Shown here one piece after another: positions 1 through 8,083 of a stretch of 64,000 nucleotides of DNA. The stretch's first letter is position 1. Each line of letters starts with the position of its first letter. Both the position numbers and the translations under genes were made by a program. Origin of the DNA: an uncultured Gammaproteobacteria bacterium (lineage in GTDB: Bacteria > Patescibacteriota > Microgenomatia > Levybacterales > GWA1-39-11). The DNA lies in assembly GCA_964472415.1 (NCBI GenBank), contig CAYYLC010000001.1:3269-67268 (forward strand), given 5' to 3'. The notes under the pieces were generated by a model. It saw only the letters and a list, made by a program, of their open reading frames with translations. It searched no databases and had not been told where the DNA came from.

Positions 1-909
1 AACTTCAAGTCCGAGGCCGTGTCCGAGAGAGTGGGGAAAGGTGGGGAGGCCCATTTTCTTAATGTGATTTTCTGCGATGGTGTGGAGGTGTGACATTTTG
101 AAATCATCTCTGTGCCATTCTTTTAACTTCTGGAGTGCCAGATTTTGTGCCTCAAGGACTGTATTGTAAAGCGTGATTTCTCGCTCATTCGGCTTTCCGA
201 AGTATATGGTTCTACTCATATCGCTACAATATCCTTCATGTTTTGCCCCAAAATCAAAGAGTATAAATGAATTATTCTCAAGTTTTGTATTTCCAGGAAT
301 GTGGTGAGGAATGGCAGCATTTCCCCCAAAAGCAACAATCGCTGGGAATGCATTTTTTCCATATGAATTACAATAAAATTCTATTTTTGAAGCGATTTCT
401 CGCTCAGTGACACCGATTTTTATATCTCCGAGAATTTCCTTGTAACAGTTGTCTGTTATTTCGCACGCTCTTTTCGTTTTTTCTATCTCATCAGCAGTTT
501 TTATAGTACGAAAACTTTCTACAAAATCCTCTAACGCGAAGAGTTCAGGATCTTTGAGAGCACTTTTTAAATGTTCGAATTCTGCATAACGCAAATTATA
601 TTTTTCAAATCCGAAAGAGCGGATATTTTCTGTCTTACAGATATCTTGGATATGTGTAAAAAGCCCCTTTTTAGCAGTAATTTCTCGATATTCAAAATAT
701 TTTTTCCGATCAGAAATTGCAAGGAGAAACATCTTTGGCGCGAGAAGGTAGATGTTGCTATGCGTGAGGATTAGATAGTATTCACGTTCCTCGATAGAAG
801 AAGGAAAAACTCCTGATAAATAGGATATATTGTATGGTGAGGTGATAAAGAGTGCATCAATGTTAGTATTTTTGAGTTTTCTTTGGATAGTATTTACGCG
901 ATTTTGCAT
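1..909 (-). CDS. Xaa-Pro aminopeptidase / M24 family metallopeptidase (partial; C-terminus lies beyond the window start)
   Basis: Minus-strand translation from ATG (plus-strand cat at 907-909) is open to position 1: MQNRVNTIQRKLKNTNIDALFITSPYNISYLSGV...HHIPGNTKLE...FDFGAKHEGYCSDMSRTIYFG...HSLGHGLGLEV. This matches the creatinase-N plus pita-bread M24 fold. It is absent from the ORF track because no stop codon lies inside the window. Confidence 0.7.
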   Translation of the reverse strand, partial: MQNRVNTIQRKLKNTNIDALFITSPYNISYLSGVFPSSIEEREYYLILTHSNIYLLAPKMFLLAISDRKKYFEYREITAKKGLFTHIQDICKTENIRSFGFEKYNLRYAEFEHLKSALKDPELFALEDFVESFRTIKTADEIEKTKRACEITDNCYKEILGDIKIGVTEREIASKIEFYCNSYGKNAFPAIVAFGGNAAIPHHIPGNTKLENNSFILFDFGAKHEGYCSDMSRTIYFGKPNEREITLYNTVLEAQNLALQKLKEWHRDDFKMSHLHTIAENHIKKMGLPTFPHSLGHGLGLEV

Positions 910-929
910 ATTCGTCCTATTATATCAGC

Positions 930-958
930 TTGACAGTTTCCTTAGTTCATTTTACAAT
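930..958 (+). promoter_or_regulatory. sigma70-like promoter of guaB (TTGACA 930-935, 17-nt spacer, TACAAT 953-958); the ATG at 964 implies a leaderless mRNA
   Basis: Read directly from the sequence: cTTGACAgtttccttagttcatttTACAATacactATG. The -10 box ends 5 nt before the start codon and there is no SD. Confidence 0.45.
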
Positions 959-963
959 ACACT

Positions 964-2115
964 ATGGATCCGAAAAATAAATTTCTTCAAGGTCTTACTT
1001 ACGACGATATACTCATTCTGCCTGGATACACAGACTTTTCGCGATCTGACATAGATCTTACGACTCAATTCACAAGAAATATTTCATTAAAAATTCCGTT
1101 TGTTTCTTCCCCTATGGATACAGTAACAAAGGCAGAGCTTGCGATTGCATTAGGACAACTAGGAGGAATTGGAATAATTCATAGAAATTTAGCTATTGAG
1201 GATCAGGCTGGAGAAGTTCAGAAAGTAAAGCGAGAAGGATATCTTGTTGGAGCTGCAATTGGAAGCAGTAGTGGTTTTGAGGATCGCATAAAAGCACTTT
1301 CTGAAGTGGGAGTTGATGTGGTAGTGATAGATTCTGCGCATGGGTATACGAAAGATATAATAAAAACAATTAAATTCCTTAAGGATAACTACCCACAGGT
1401 CGATGTGATTGCAGGAAGTATTGCAACAGGGGATGGTGCAAAAGCGCTGATTGAAGCAGGGGTAGATGGACTTAGAGTTGGTATGGGTCCTGGGGCAATT
1501 TGTACGACTCGAATAATTTCTGGGATGGGTGTACCACAGGTAACAGCACTTCAAGGTGTCATTACCGTTTCTCGAGAATACAATATTCCTGTTATTGCTG
1601 ATGGAGGAATAAAATATTCAGGAGATATGGTAAAAGCGCTTGCTCTCGGTGCATCAACCGTTATGATGGGGAGCTTTTTTGCACAAACTGAAGAATCACC
1701 TGGAGATGTATATGAGTTAACGCGAGAAGAAGTTCCTCAGAGATTTCAAAGTATTTTTGATAAAGATGCTCATAAAACGTTTAAATTTAAATCATATCGC
1801 GGAATGGGGTCTGAAGGTGCTATGAAGAGGGGTGCAGATGTAAAATCTGAAGATGAATTTCATGGGAAGGATTTTTATAAGGAACGGGTCTTGGTTGCAG
1901 AGGGTGTTGAGGGGTTAGTTCCAGTTCGCGGTACTGTTTCAGAATTATTAGATCAGGCGATTGGCGGGATAAAATCAGGAATGTTTTATGTTGGAGCGAA
2001 AACTATTTCGGAGCTTTCTTCTAAGGCGCAATTTATCCAGGTTACGCAAGCGTCTCTTACAGAAGGTCATCCACATGGGATAATAGTTAGTAATGCAGGT
2101 AAGAGTTATCAATAA
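964..2115 (+). CDS. guaB: IMP dehydrogenase (short form without CBS pair)
   Basis: 383 aa with IMPDH TIM-barrel motifs ([25 protein letters not shown], catalytic-loop region GPGAICTTR). It is immediately followed by guaA. Confidence 0.85.
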   Translation: MDPKNKFLQGLTYDDILILPGYTDFSRSDIDLTTQFTRNISLKIPFVSSPMDTVTKAELAIALGQLGGIGIIHRNLAIEDQAGEVQKVKREGYLVGAAIGSSSGFEDRIKALSEVGVDVVVIDSAHGYTKDIIKTIKFLKDNYPQVDVIAGSIATGDGAKALIEAGVDGLRVGMGPGAICTTRIISGMGVPQVTALQGVITVSREYNIPVIADGGIKYSGDMVKALALGASTVMMGSFFAQTEESPGDVYELTREEVPQRFQSIFDKDAHKTFKFKSYRGMGSEGAMKRGADVKSEDEFHGKDFYKERVLVAEGVEGLVPVRGTVSELLDQAIGGIKSGMFYVGAKTISELSSKAQFIQVTQASLTEGHPHGIIVSNAGKSYQ

Positions 2116-2117
2116 GA

Positions 2118-3650
2118 ATGGTAATCGTTATAGATTTTGGATCCCAAACTACTCACCTTATTGCCCGTCGTATCAAAGAATATGGTGCAGTGTCAGAAAT
2201 TGTTACGCCGCAAAAAGCCATTTCTCAAATTATGCTCAAGGAACCGAGTGGAATAATTCTTTCTGGAGGTCCTTCATCTGTTTATGAAGAGGGTGCCCCG
2301 CAAATAGAGCAGGATATTTTTAGTCTCGGTATCCCGCTCCTAGGAGTATGTTATGGGATGCAGCTGATGAGTAAGATTTACGGTGGGAGAGTAGTTTCTG
2401 GAAAGAAAGAATATGGTCCTGCTACACTTGCGCTTAGGTCTGGTACAAAGGAACTCATTGTAGGAAGGGCACTTCCTGATAGTTTTACTGTATGGATGAG
2501 TCATGGAGATGAGGTAAAAAAACCATTTAAGGGTGCAAAGATTTTAGGATCTACTACAGATGTTCCATATGCATTTGTCGGAGATGTAAAAAACAAATTT
2601 TATGGTGTTCAGTTTCATCCAGAAGTAGAGCATACGCAGCATGGAGACACCATCCTTAAAAACTTCCTTTCTATCTGTGGTGAGAAAGTTTCACATGCAC
2701 CGCTTTCTATTTCACAGCTTGTTAAAAATATCCGGAAAAAAGTAGGAGACGAATATGTGATTGGTGCGCTTTCTGGTGGAGTGGATTCAACAGTTGCATC
2801 AGTACTCATGGCACAGGCAATTGGTGAGAAATTCATTCCGGTGTATGTAGATACTGGACTGATGCGATATGATACTGATGAGCATATTAAAAAGATTTTC
2901 TCACATTTGAAAATAAGCCCGGTTATTATAAAAGCAAAAACAGAAATGCTTAAAAACTTAAAAGGAATTACTGAGCCTGAGAAAAAGCGAAAGATTATTG
3001 GTGCATTTTTTATCGAAATGTTTGAGCGGGAAGTAAAAAAGCTTGCAAAAGAAGGAAAACACGTAAAATTTCTTATGCAGGGAACGATTTATAGTGATGT
3101 GATAGAAAGTCGGGGAACGAGACATTCGGCAACCATAAAGTCGCATCATAATGTAGGGGGTCTTCCAAAGCGAATGAATCTTCGGCTTATTGAGCCGGTG
3201 CGAGAATTTTACAAAGATGAAGTGCGAAAATTGGGTGGAATGCTCAATATTCCCCATGAGTTTGTGATGAAGCAGCCATTCCCAGGACCTGGGTATGGAG
3301 TGCGAATTCGCGGTGAGGTTACTCGTGAGAGACTTAATGCAGAGGTCCGAGCTGATAAAATTGTTATGGAAGAGCTTTCTAAAGCAAAGCTACTCGATAA
3401 TATTTTTATCTCGTTCCCGGTTATGACGGGTGCGATGTCTACTGCAGTAAAAGGAGATGGGCGGCATTTTGGAGAAGTGGTTGCATTAAGAATTGTTGAA
3501 AGCAGTGATGTCATGACTGCTGAATGGGCACGAGTTTCTTATGATATATTACAGAAAATTTCTTCAAGAATCGTAAATGAAATCGAGGAGGTTTCTCGGG
3601 TGGTATACGATATTTCTACAAAACCTCCCGCTACAATGGAGTGGGAGTAG
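2118..3650 (+). CDS. guaA: GMP synthase (glutamine-hydrolysing)
   Basis: 510 aa with an N-terminal class I glutamine amidotransferase (GVCYGMQ, HPE) and a PP-loop ATP pyrophosphatase (SGGVDSTV). The C-terminal dimerisation domain is present. Confidence 0.9.
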   Translation: MVIVIDFGSQTTHLIARRIKEYGAVSEIVTPQKAISQIMLKEPSGIILSGGPSSVYEEGAPQIEQDIFSLGIPLLGVCYGMQLMSKIYGGRVVSGKKEYGPATLALRSGTKELIVGRALPDSFTVWMSHGDEVKKPFKGAKILGSTTDVPYAFVGDVKNKFYGVQFHPEVEHTQHGDTILKNFLSICGEKVSHAPLSISQLVKNIRKKVGDEYVIGALSGGVDSTVASVLMAQAIGEKFIPVYVDTGLMRYDTDEHIKKIFSHLKISPVIIKAKTEMLKNLKGITEPEKKRKIIGAFFIEMFEREVKKLAKEGKHVKFLMQGTIYSDVIESRGTRHSATIKSHHNVGGLPKRMNLRLIEPVREFYKDEVRKLGGMLNIPHEFVMKQPFPGPGYGVRIRGEVTRERLNAEVRADKIVMEELSKAKLLDNIFISFPVMTGAMSTAVKGDGRHFGEVVALRIVESSDVMTAEWARVSYDILQKISSRIVNEIEEVSRVVYDISTKPPATMEWE

Positions 3651-3673
3651 AAATAAATGAGAGAGGTAGAGAG

Positions 3674-3841
3674 CTATCTACCTGCCACGCCAAGGACTGA
3701 AGTATCTGCAGATTGGTTCGAAAACATGGCAATCGTCACTACAAAACACATAATTGCAACGAAAACGAGAAAATAAAACCCTTTTCGAGTCTGGAATGCT
3801 GGATATTTCTGTGTTATTTTCTTTTTGCTCCTTTTTGCCAT
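3674..3841 (-). CDS. hypothetical small membrane protein (55 aa, lysine-rich N-terminus plus one TM helix)
   Basis: My own minus-strand translation gives MAKRSKKKITQKYPAFQTRKGFYFLVFVAIMCFVVTIAMFSNQSADTSVLGVAGR*. It is convergent with guaA and below the ORF-track length cutoff. The SD is weak. Confidence 0.25.
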   Translation of the reverse strand: MAKRSKKKITQKYPAFQTRKGFYFLVFVAIMCFVVTIAMFSNQSADTSVLGVAGR

Positions 3842-3907
3842 GTCCTATTAATGCGCTTTTTCGGTACTTTTGTCAAGTGCAGAAGCTTATTCTGAATCTA
3901 GAGGTGC

Positions 3908-3936
3908 TTGACATCCAGGATATATTATCCTATAAT
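3908..3936 (+). promoter_or_regulatory. perfect consensus sigma70 promoter (TTGACA 3908-3913, 17-nt spacer, TATAAT 3931-3936)
   Basis: Read directly: gcTTGACAtccaggatatattatccTATAATacg. It lies about 90 nt upstream of the G+C-rich ORF at 4026. Confidence 0.55.
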
Positions 3937-4025
3937 ACGTAAGTTTTCTTGATAAAGCAGAGATTCGTCTCTGGGGAGTCAGGTTAGCACATTTCAAATC
4001 TGCAAGAAGCAGTGAGGAGAAAGTT

Positions 4026-4562
4026 TTGTCGGACGAACTGAAGGTCATTTCTCTTGAGGAAGCACAGCGGCTTCTGGGCAATAACGTGGTCGTGGCCTTG
4101 GATCCCAAGGCTGATTGGGTCTTTAACCCGGGAACCGGCGCTTCTGAGCGCCTTGACGGAAAGTTCTTCAAGGTCATTGCATATGACCGTGGGAATTTTC
4201 ATCAGCTCGGCATTTACGAAGAGCCGCGCATCGAAGCAGGCTCTGAGCCGCGAGTCGTCGGGAACGTCAAAATCTCGCGTAATGCGAGAGGTTTCATCCG
4301 CAGCCGCATAAATCGCGGCCTCGATGGGGACGAATTCCGCGAAGCGACACTTTCGAGCCTCTCAAATCCAGAGGCGGTGGAATTCGATGAGCAAGCAGTC
4401 AGGTCGGCTCTCATTCAGACCAATCCTCAGAGGATTGGAGGTTATGTCCGCGTCTTCCTCGTTGAGGAAGAATTCGATGACTCTGAAGGAGTCACTGTGG
4501 ATGAGCTTCGGAGAACAACTGATGGTCGGACCCTGGCAGCTCTTGCTGCTCTGATTCTCTAG
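4026..4562 (+). CDS. orphan G+C-rich hypothetical protein (178 aa), no family recognised
   Basis: TTG start preceded by GAGGAG (4014-4019). The protein has no internal Met and ends in the hydrophobic tail TLAALAALIL. Sampled 60-nt stretches give about 55-58% G+C, against about 37% at the start of fusA. Overlapping alternative-frame ORFs on both strands are treated as artefacts of G+C-rich DNA. Confidence 0.55.
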   Translation: MSDELKVISLEEAQRLLGNNVVVALDPKADWVFNPGTGASERLDGKFFKVIAYDRGNFHQLGIYEEPRIEAGSEPRVVGNVKISRNARGFIRSRINRGLDGDEFREATLSSLSNPEAVEFDEQAVRSALIQTNPQRIGGYVRVFLVEEEFDDSEGVTVDELRRTTDGRTLAALAALIL

Positions 4563-4579
4563 CGTTCAAGCAGATTTTT

Positions 4580-4619
4580 GGGTGCCTGGCGGTTTATTCC
4601 GCTTGGCACCCTTCATTTT
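4580..4619 (+). terminator. intrinsic terminator of the G+C-rich cassette
   Basis: Long imperfect hairpin GGGTGCCtGGCGG[tttatt]CCGCTtGGCACCC followed by the T-rich ttcattttc. Confidence 0.5.
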
Positions 4620-4659
4620 CTACTCTTTATTTTCCTCCCCTAATTTGATATACTTAGCC

Positions 4660-4684
4660 GAACCTTTAAACAGGTTCTTTTTTT
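4660..4684 (+). terminator. second intrinsic terminator (GAACCTttaaacAGGTTC plus TTTTTTT), plausibly the native guaA terminator
   Basis: Perfect 6-bp stem, 6-nt loop and a 7-T run, located 40 nt after the cassette terminator and before the fusA leader. Confidence 0.5.
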
Positions 4685-4748
4685 CGTTAAAAATATCCTC
4701 GATTCTGATTAAATCAGAATACAGGAGAAATTTATAGATATATACGAT

Positions 4749-6866
4749 ATGGCTGAAACAGTTGTTACAAAAGATAGAAACGTTGCGCTCGATAAAATCC
4801 GAAATTTCGGAATTATCGCGCATATTGATGCGGGGAAAACTACTACTTCTGAGCGTATTCTTTATTATACTGGAAGAACATATAAAATTGGTGAAGTTCA
4901 TGAGGGGGCAGCTACTATGGACTGGATGGCTCAGGAACGAGAACGGGGAATCACTATTGTATCTGCTGCGACTACCACATTTTGGAAAGATTATCGTTTT
5001 AATTTAATTGATACTCCCGGACACGTAGACTTTACTGCTGAAGTTGAGCGCTCGCTCAGAGTTCTTGATGGAGCAATTACGGTTCTGGATGCTGAGGAAG
5101 GAGTTCAGTCACAGTCAGAAACCGTTTGGCGACAAGCCGATAAATATCATGTTCCTCGAATTTGTTTCGTAAATAAGATGGATAAGTTAGGAGCAGATTA
5201 TGAAAAAACAATTCAGTCTGTGATTGATAGACTTGGGGCAAATCCAATAACGATCGGACTTCCAATCGGTGCTGAAAATGACTTCAAGGGAATCTATCAT
5301 GTACTAGATGAAAAGGCATATATTTGGTCGGGAGAAGAATTAGGGGCAAATTTTGAGATAGTTGAAGGAATTCCGGAAGGCATGGAAGAAATGGTGAAAA
5401 AATATCGTGAACAGATGATAGAAAAAATTGCGGAGACTGATGACGCCCTTCTTGAGAAATATCTGAACAGTGAAGAAATTTCATATGACGAATTAAAAAA
5501 AGCTCTGAGAGCAGCAACTATTGCCTATAAAGTAGTGCCAGTGTTTGCAGGAACATCATTGAGAAATAAAGGTGTGCAGCCACTTCTGGATGCAGTTGTT
5601 GATTTCCTTCCTTCTCCAATGGATCTCGAAACTGTTGTCGGTACAAACCCCAAAACGAATGAAGAAGTAGTAAGAAAGTTGACTCCTGAGGAATCATTTA
5701 CCGGATTTGCATTTAAAGTTCAAGTTGATCCACATGTAGGAAAGATTACATATGTTCGAATTTATTCAGGAAAGCTTACTTCTGGAAGTTACGCATATAA
5801 TTCTACAAAAGATGTGCGTGAGCGAGTAGGGAGACTTTTGCTTATGCATGCAAATCAACGAGAAGAAATTAAAGAAGCGTATGCTGGAGAGATAGTTGCG
5901 GTGGTTGGATTTAAAGAAACGATTACGGGAGATACGCTTTGTGAAGAAGCAAGTCCGATTCTTCTTCAGAAAATTACTTTCCAAGATCCAGTTATTTCTC
6001 TTGCTATTGAACCAAAGACGAAGACAGATCAAGAAAAATTAGGTGCTGCTATGAAGCGTCTTATGGAGGAGGATCCTACATTTTCTGTAAAGATTAATCA
6101 TGAAACAGGGCAGACTATTATGTCTGGAGTTGGGGAGCTGCAGCTTGAAATTATGGTTGACCGCATGAAGCGAGAGATGCACGTTGAGGCAAATGTAGGC
6201 GCGCCGCAAGTAGCATACAAAGAGACAATTAAAAATCCTGCTAACGCTGAGGCAAAGTATATCAAACAGACCGGAGGTCGTGGTCAATATGGCCATTGTT
6301 TGATAAAAGTTGAACCACTTCCTCGAGGTGAGGGATTTGAATTCGTTAACGCTATTAAGGGAGGAGCAATCCCGCAGGAATTCATTCCATCTGTTGAAAA
6401 AGGAGTAAGAGAAGCGATGGAGCGAGGGGTGCTTTTGGGATATCCAGTAGTAGATTTGAAAGTAACGCTCTATGATGGGACGTATCATGATGTGGACTCT
6501 TCTGATGTTGCATTTAAGATTGCAGGATCTCAGGCATTCCAGCAGGGTGCGAAGAAGGCAGAATTAACACTTCTTGAACCTATTATGAAAGTTGAAGTTA
6601 CCACTCCTGAAGAATTTATGGGAGATGTTATTGGTGATCTTTCCTCAAAAAGAGCACAAATTCAGGGGACAGAGGAGCGAGGAAATTCACGAATTGTTCT
6701 TGCACTCGTGCCGCTTGCAGAGCTTTCTGGATACGCTACAACGCTTCGATCTCTTACTCAAGGGCGTGCAAATCCATATATGGAGCCTTCTCATTATGAT
6801 GAGGTGCCGAAAAATGTTCAAGAACAAATGGTCGCAAAAACAAACTTCACCGCTCGAGTTGAATAA
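4749..6866 (+). CDS. fusA: elongation factor G
   Basis: 705 aa with the translational GTPase motifs ([21 protein letters not shown]) and EF-G domains II-V. Confidence 0.95.
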   Translation: MAETVVTKDRNVALDKIRNFGIIAHIDAGKTTTSERILYYTGRTYKIGEVHEGAATMDWMAQERERGITIVSAATTTFWKDYRFNLIDTPGHVDFTAEVERSLRVLDGAITVLDAEEGVQSQSETVWRQADKYHVPRICFVNKMDKLGADYEKTIQSVIDRLGANPITIGLPIGAENDFKGIYHVLDEKAYIWSGEELGANFEIVEGIPEGMEEMVKKYREQMIEKIAETDDALLEKYLNSEEISYDELKKALRAATIAYKVVPVFAGTSLRNKGVQPLLDAVVDFLPSPMDLETVVGTNPKTNEEVVRKLTPEESFTGFAFKVQVDPHVGKITYVRIYSGKLTSGSYAYNSTKDVRERVGRLLLMHANQREEIKEAYAGEIVAVVGFKETITGDTLCEEASPILLQKITFQDPVISLAIEPKTKTDQEKLGAAMKRLMEEDPTFSVKINHETGQTIMSGVGELQLEIMVDRMKREMHVEANVGAPQVAYKETIKNPANAEAKYIKQTGGRGQYGHCLIKVEPLPRGEGFEFVNAIKGGAIPQEFIPSVEKGVREAMERGVLLGYPVVDLKVTLYDGTYHDVDSSDVAFKIAGSQAFQQGAKKAELTLLEPIMKVEVTTPEEFMGDVIGDLSSKRAQIQGTEERGNSRIVLALVPLAELSGYATTLRSLTQGRANPYMEPSHYDEVPKNVQEQMVAKTNFTARVE

Positions 6867-6899
6867 GCATATTTGTAGTTTTTCGGTATAATAAGCCAT

Positions 6900-8081
6900 A
6901 TGGCACGGAAAAAAATTTCAGAATTTAGAGCAAAGTCACTTCTTTATCAATTCCTACAAAGAGACTATTCAGGAATATCTATTGATGGAGATGAAGATTT
7001 TGATGAGAGAATTTCGCATCTTGATTCTTCAAAAAGATATGTTTTAAAAGTAGATCAAGGGATAAAGCAGCGCAAGAAAAAAGGGCTAGTATTTTTTAAT
7101 GTTACCTCTGAAAATATAAGAGGAAAAATAGAAGAATTAACCAATAGGGGATTTTCACACTTCATTATTGAAGAGTTTTTAGAGCACGAAAATTTTTCAG
7201 AAAAATATTTTGCAGTTGAACGCATTCGTGAAGGGAAAAAGATTTTGTATTCTCTAGAAGGTGGAGTTGATATAGAAGATAATAAAGAAACTATTAAAAG
7301 TTTTGTTGTAGGCAAGGATGAGGATTTGCGTGCGATAGCAAGTGTGTTAGAGGTAAGCTTTGAAGTAATTCGTGACATCCTTTCTGCATTTGATGATTAT
7401 TATTTTTCATTTTTGGAAATAAATCCATTAGTTGTGCATAGTGGAGAATTTTACTTCCTAGATACTGCTGTAGAGGTGGATAGCGCAGCTGAATTTTTTG
7501 TATCGGGCGCATGGGGAAGTAGTGATTTTAGGGAAAATGGCAATCGAAAAAAAACTTTAGAGGAACAAGAAGTAGAGAGGTTGAAAGAGGGGAGTCCTGC
7601 ATCATTTAGTTATGAAATACTTAATCCAGATGGAGCGATATTTTTACTGCTTTCAGGTGGTGGTGCATCGCTCGTTACAGCAGATGAGATTTATCAAAAG
7701 GGAAAGGGGGAGAAGTTGGCGAATTATGGAGAGTACAGTGGAAATCCGAATCAGGAGGAGACATATATATACACAAAACAAATCCTTGCAACGTTGTTGA
7801 AATCCAAAGCCCCTAAAAAATCTGTTATTATTTCCGGTGGAGTTGCGAATTTTACCGATGTGAGAAATACATTTCGGGGAATTATAACAGCTATGTCAGA
7901 AGTATCTAGTAGATTGCGGGAAGACAATGTGAAAGTATTTGTGCGACGCGGCGGACCGTATCAGGAGGAGGGGCTTTCTATGATGCGAGATTTCCTAGAA
8001 AAAGAAGAGTTGTTGGGAGCAGCTTGCGGACCTGATATGGTGTTAACAGATATTGTAAAACCAGCAATTGATCATTTGTAA
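6900..8081 (+). CDS. aclB: ATP-citrate lyase small subunit (ATP-grasp, SCS-beta-like)
   Basis: 393 aa that aligns well to the N-terminal region of eukaryotic ACLY (LANYGEYSGxP...GGxANFTxVxxTFxGI...FVRRGGPxYQEGL; YFLDTAVEVDSAAEF against YVLDLAAKVDATADY). Confidence 0.8.
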   Translation: MARKKISEFRAKSLLYQFLQRDYSGISIDGDEDFDERISHLDSSKRYVLKVDQGIKQRKKKGLVFFNVTSENIRGKIEELTNRGFSHFIIEEFLEHENFSEKYFAVERIREGKKILYSLEGGVDIEDNKETIKSFVVGKDEDLRAIASVLEVSFEVIRDILSAFDDYYFSFLEINPLVVHSGEFYFLDTAVEVDSAAEFFVSGAWGSSDFRENGNRKKTLEEQEVERLKEGSPASFSYEILNPDGAIFLLLSGGGASLVTADEIYQKGKGEKLANYGEYSGNPNQEETYIYTKQILATLLKSKAPKKSVIISGGVANFTDVRNTFRGIITAMSEVSSRLREDNVKVFVRRGGPYQEEGLSMMRDFLEKEELLGAACGPDMVLTDIVKPAIDHL

Positions 8082-8083
8082 CT

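Noticed and set aside
571-1054. Plus-strand ORFs 571..774 and 830..1054 from the ORF track
   Set aside because: They lie antisense to, or overlap, the well-supported minus-strand M24 peptidase gene (1..909) and the guaB promoter. They have no family resemblance and are AT-rich low-complexity.
3887-4554. Multiple ORFs in alternative frames and on the opposite strand of the G+C-rich ORF (3887..4177-, 3984..4202-, 4054..4311+, 4214..4414-, 4324..4554+)
   Set aside because: G+C-rich DNA is depleted in stop codons, so long spurious ORFs appear in all frames. Only the 4026..4562 frame has a strong SD and is bracketed by a promoter and terminator.
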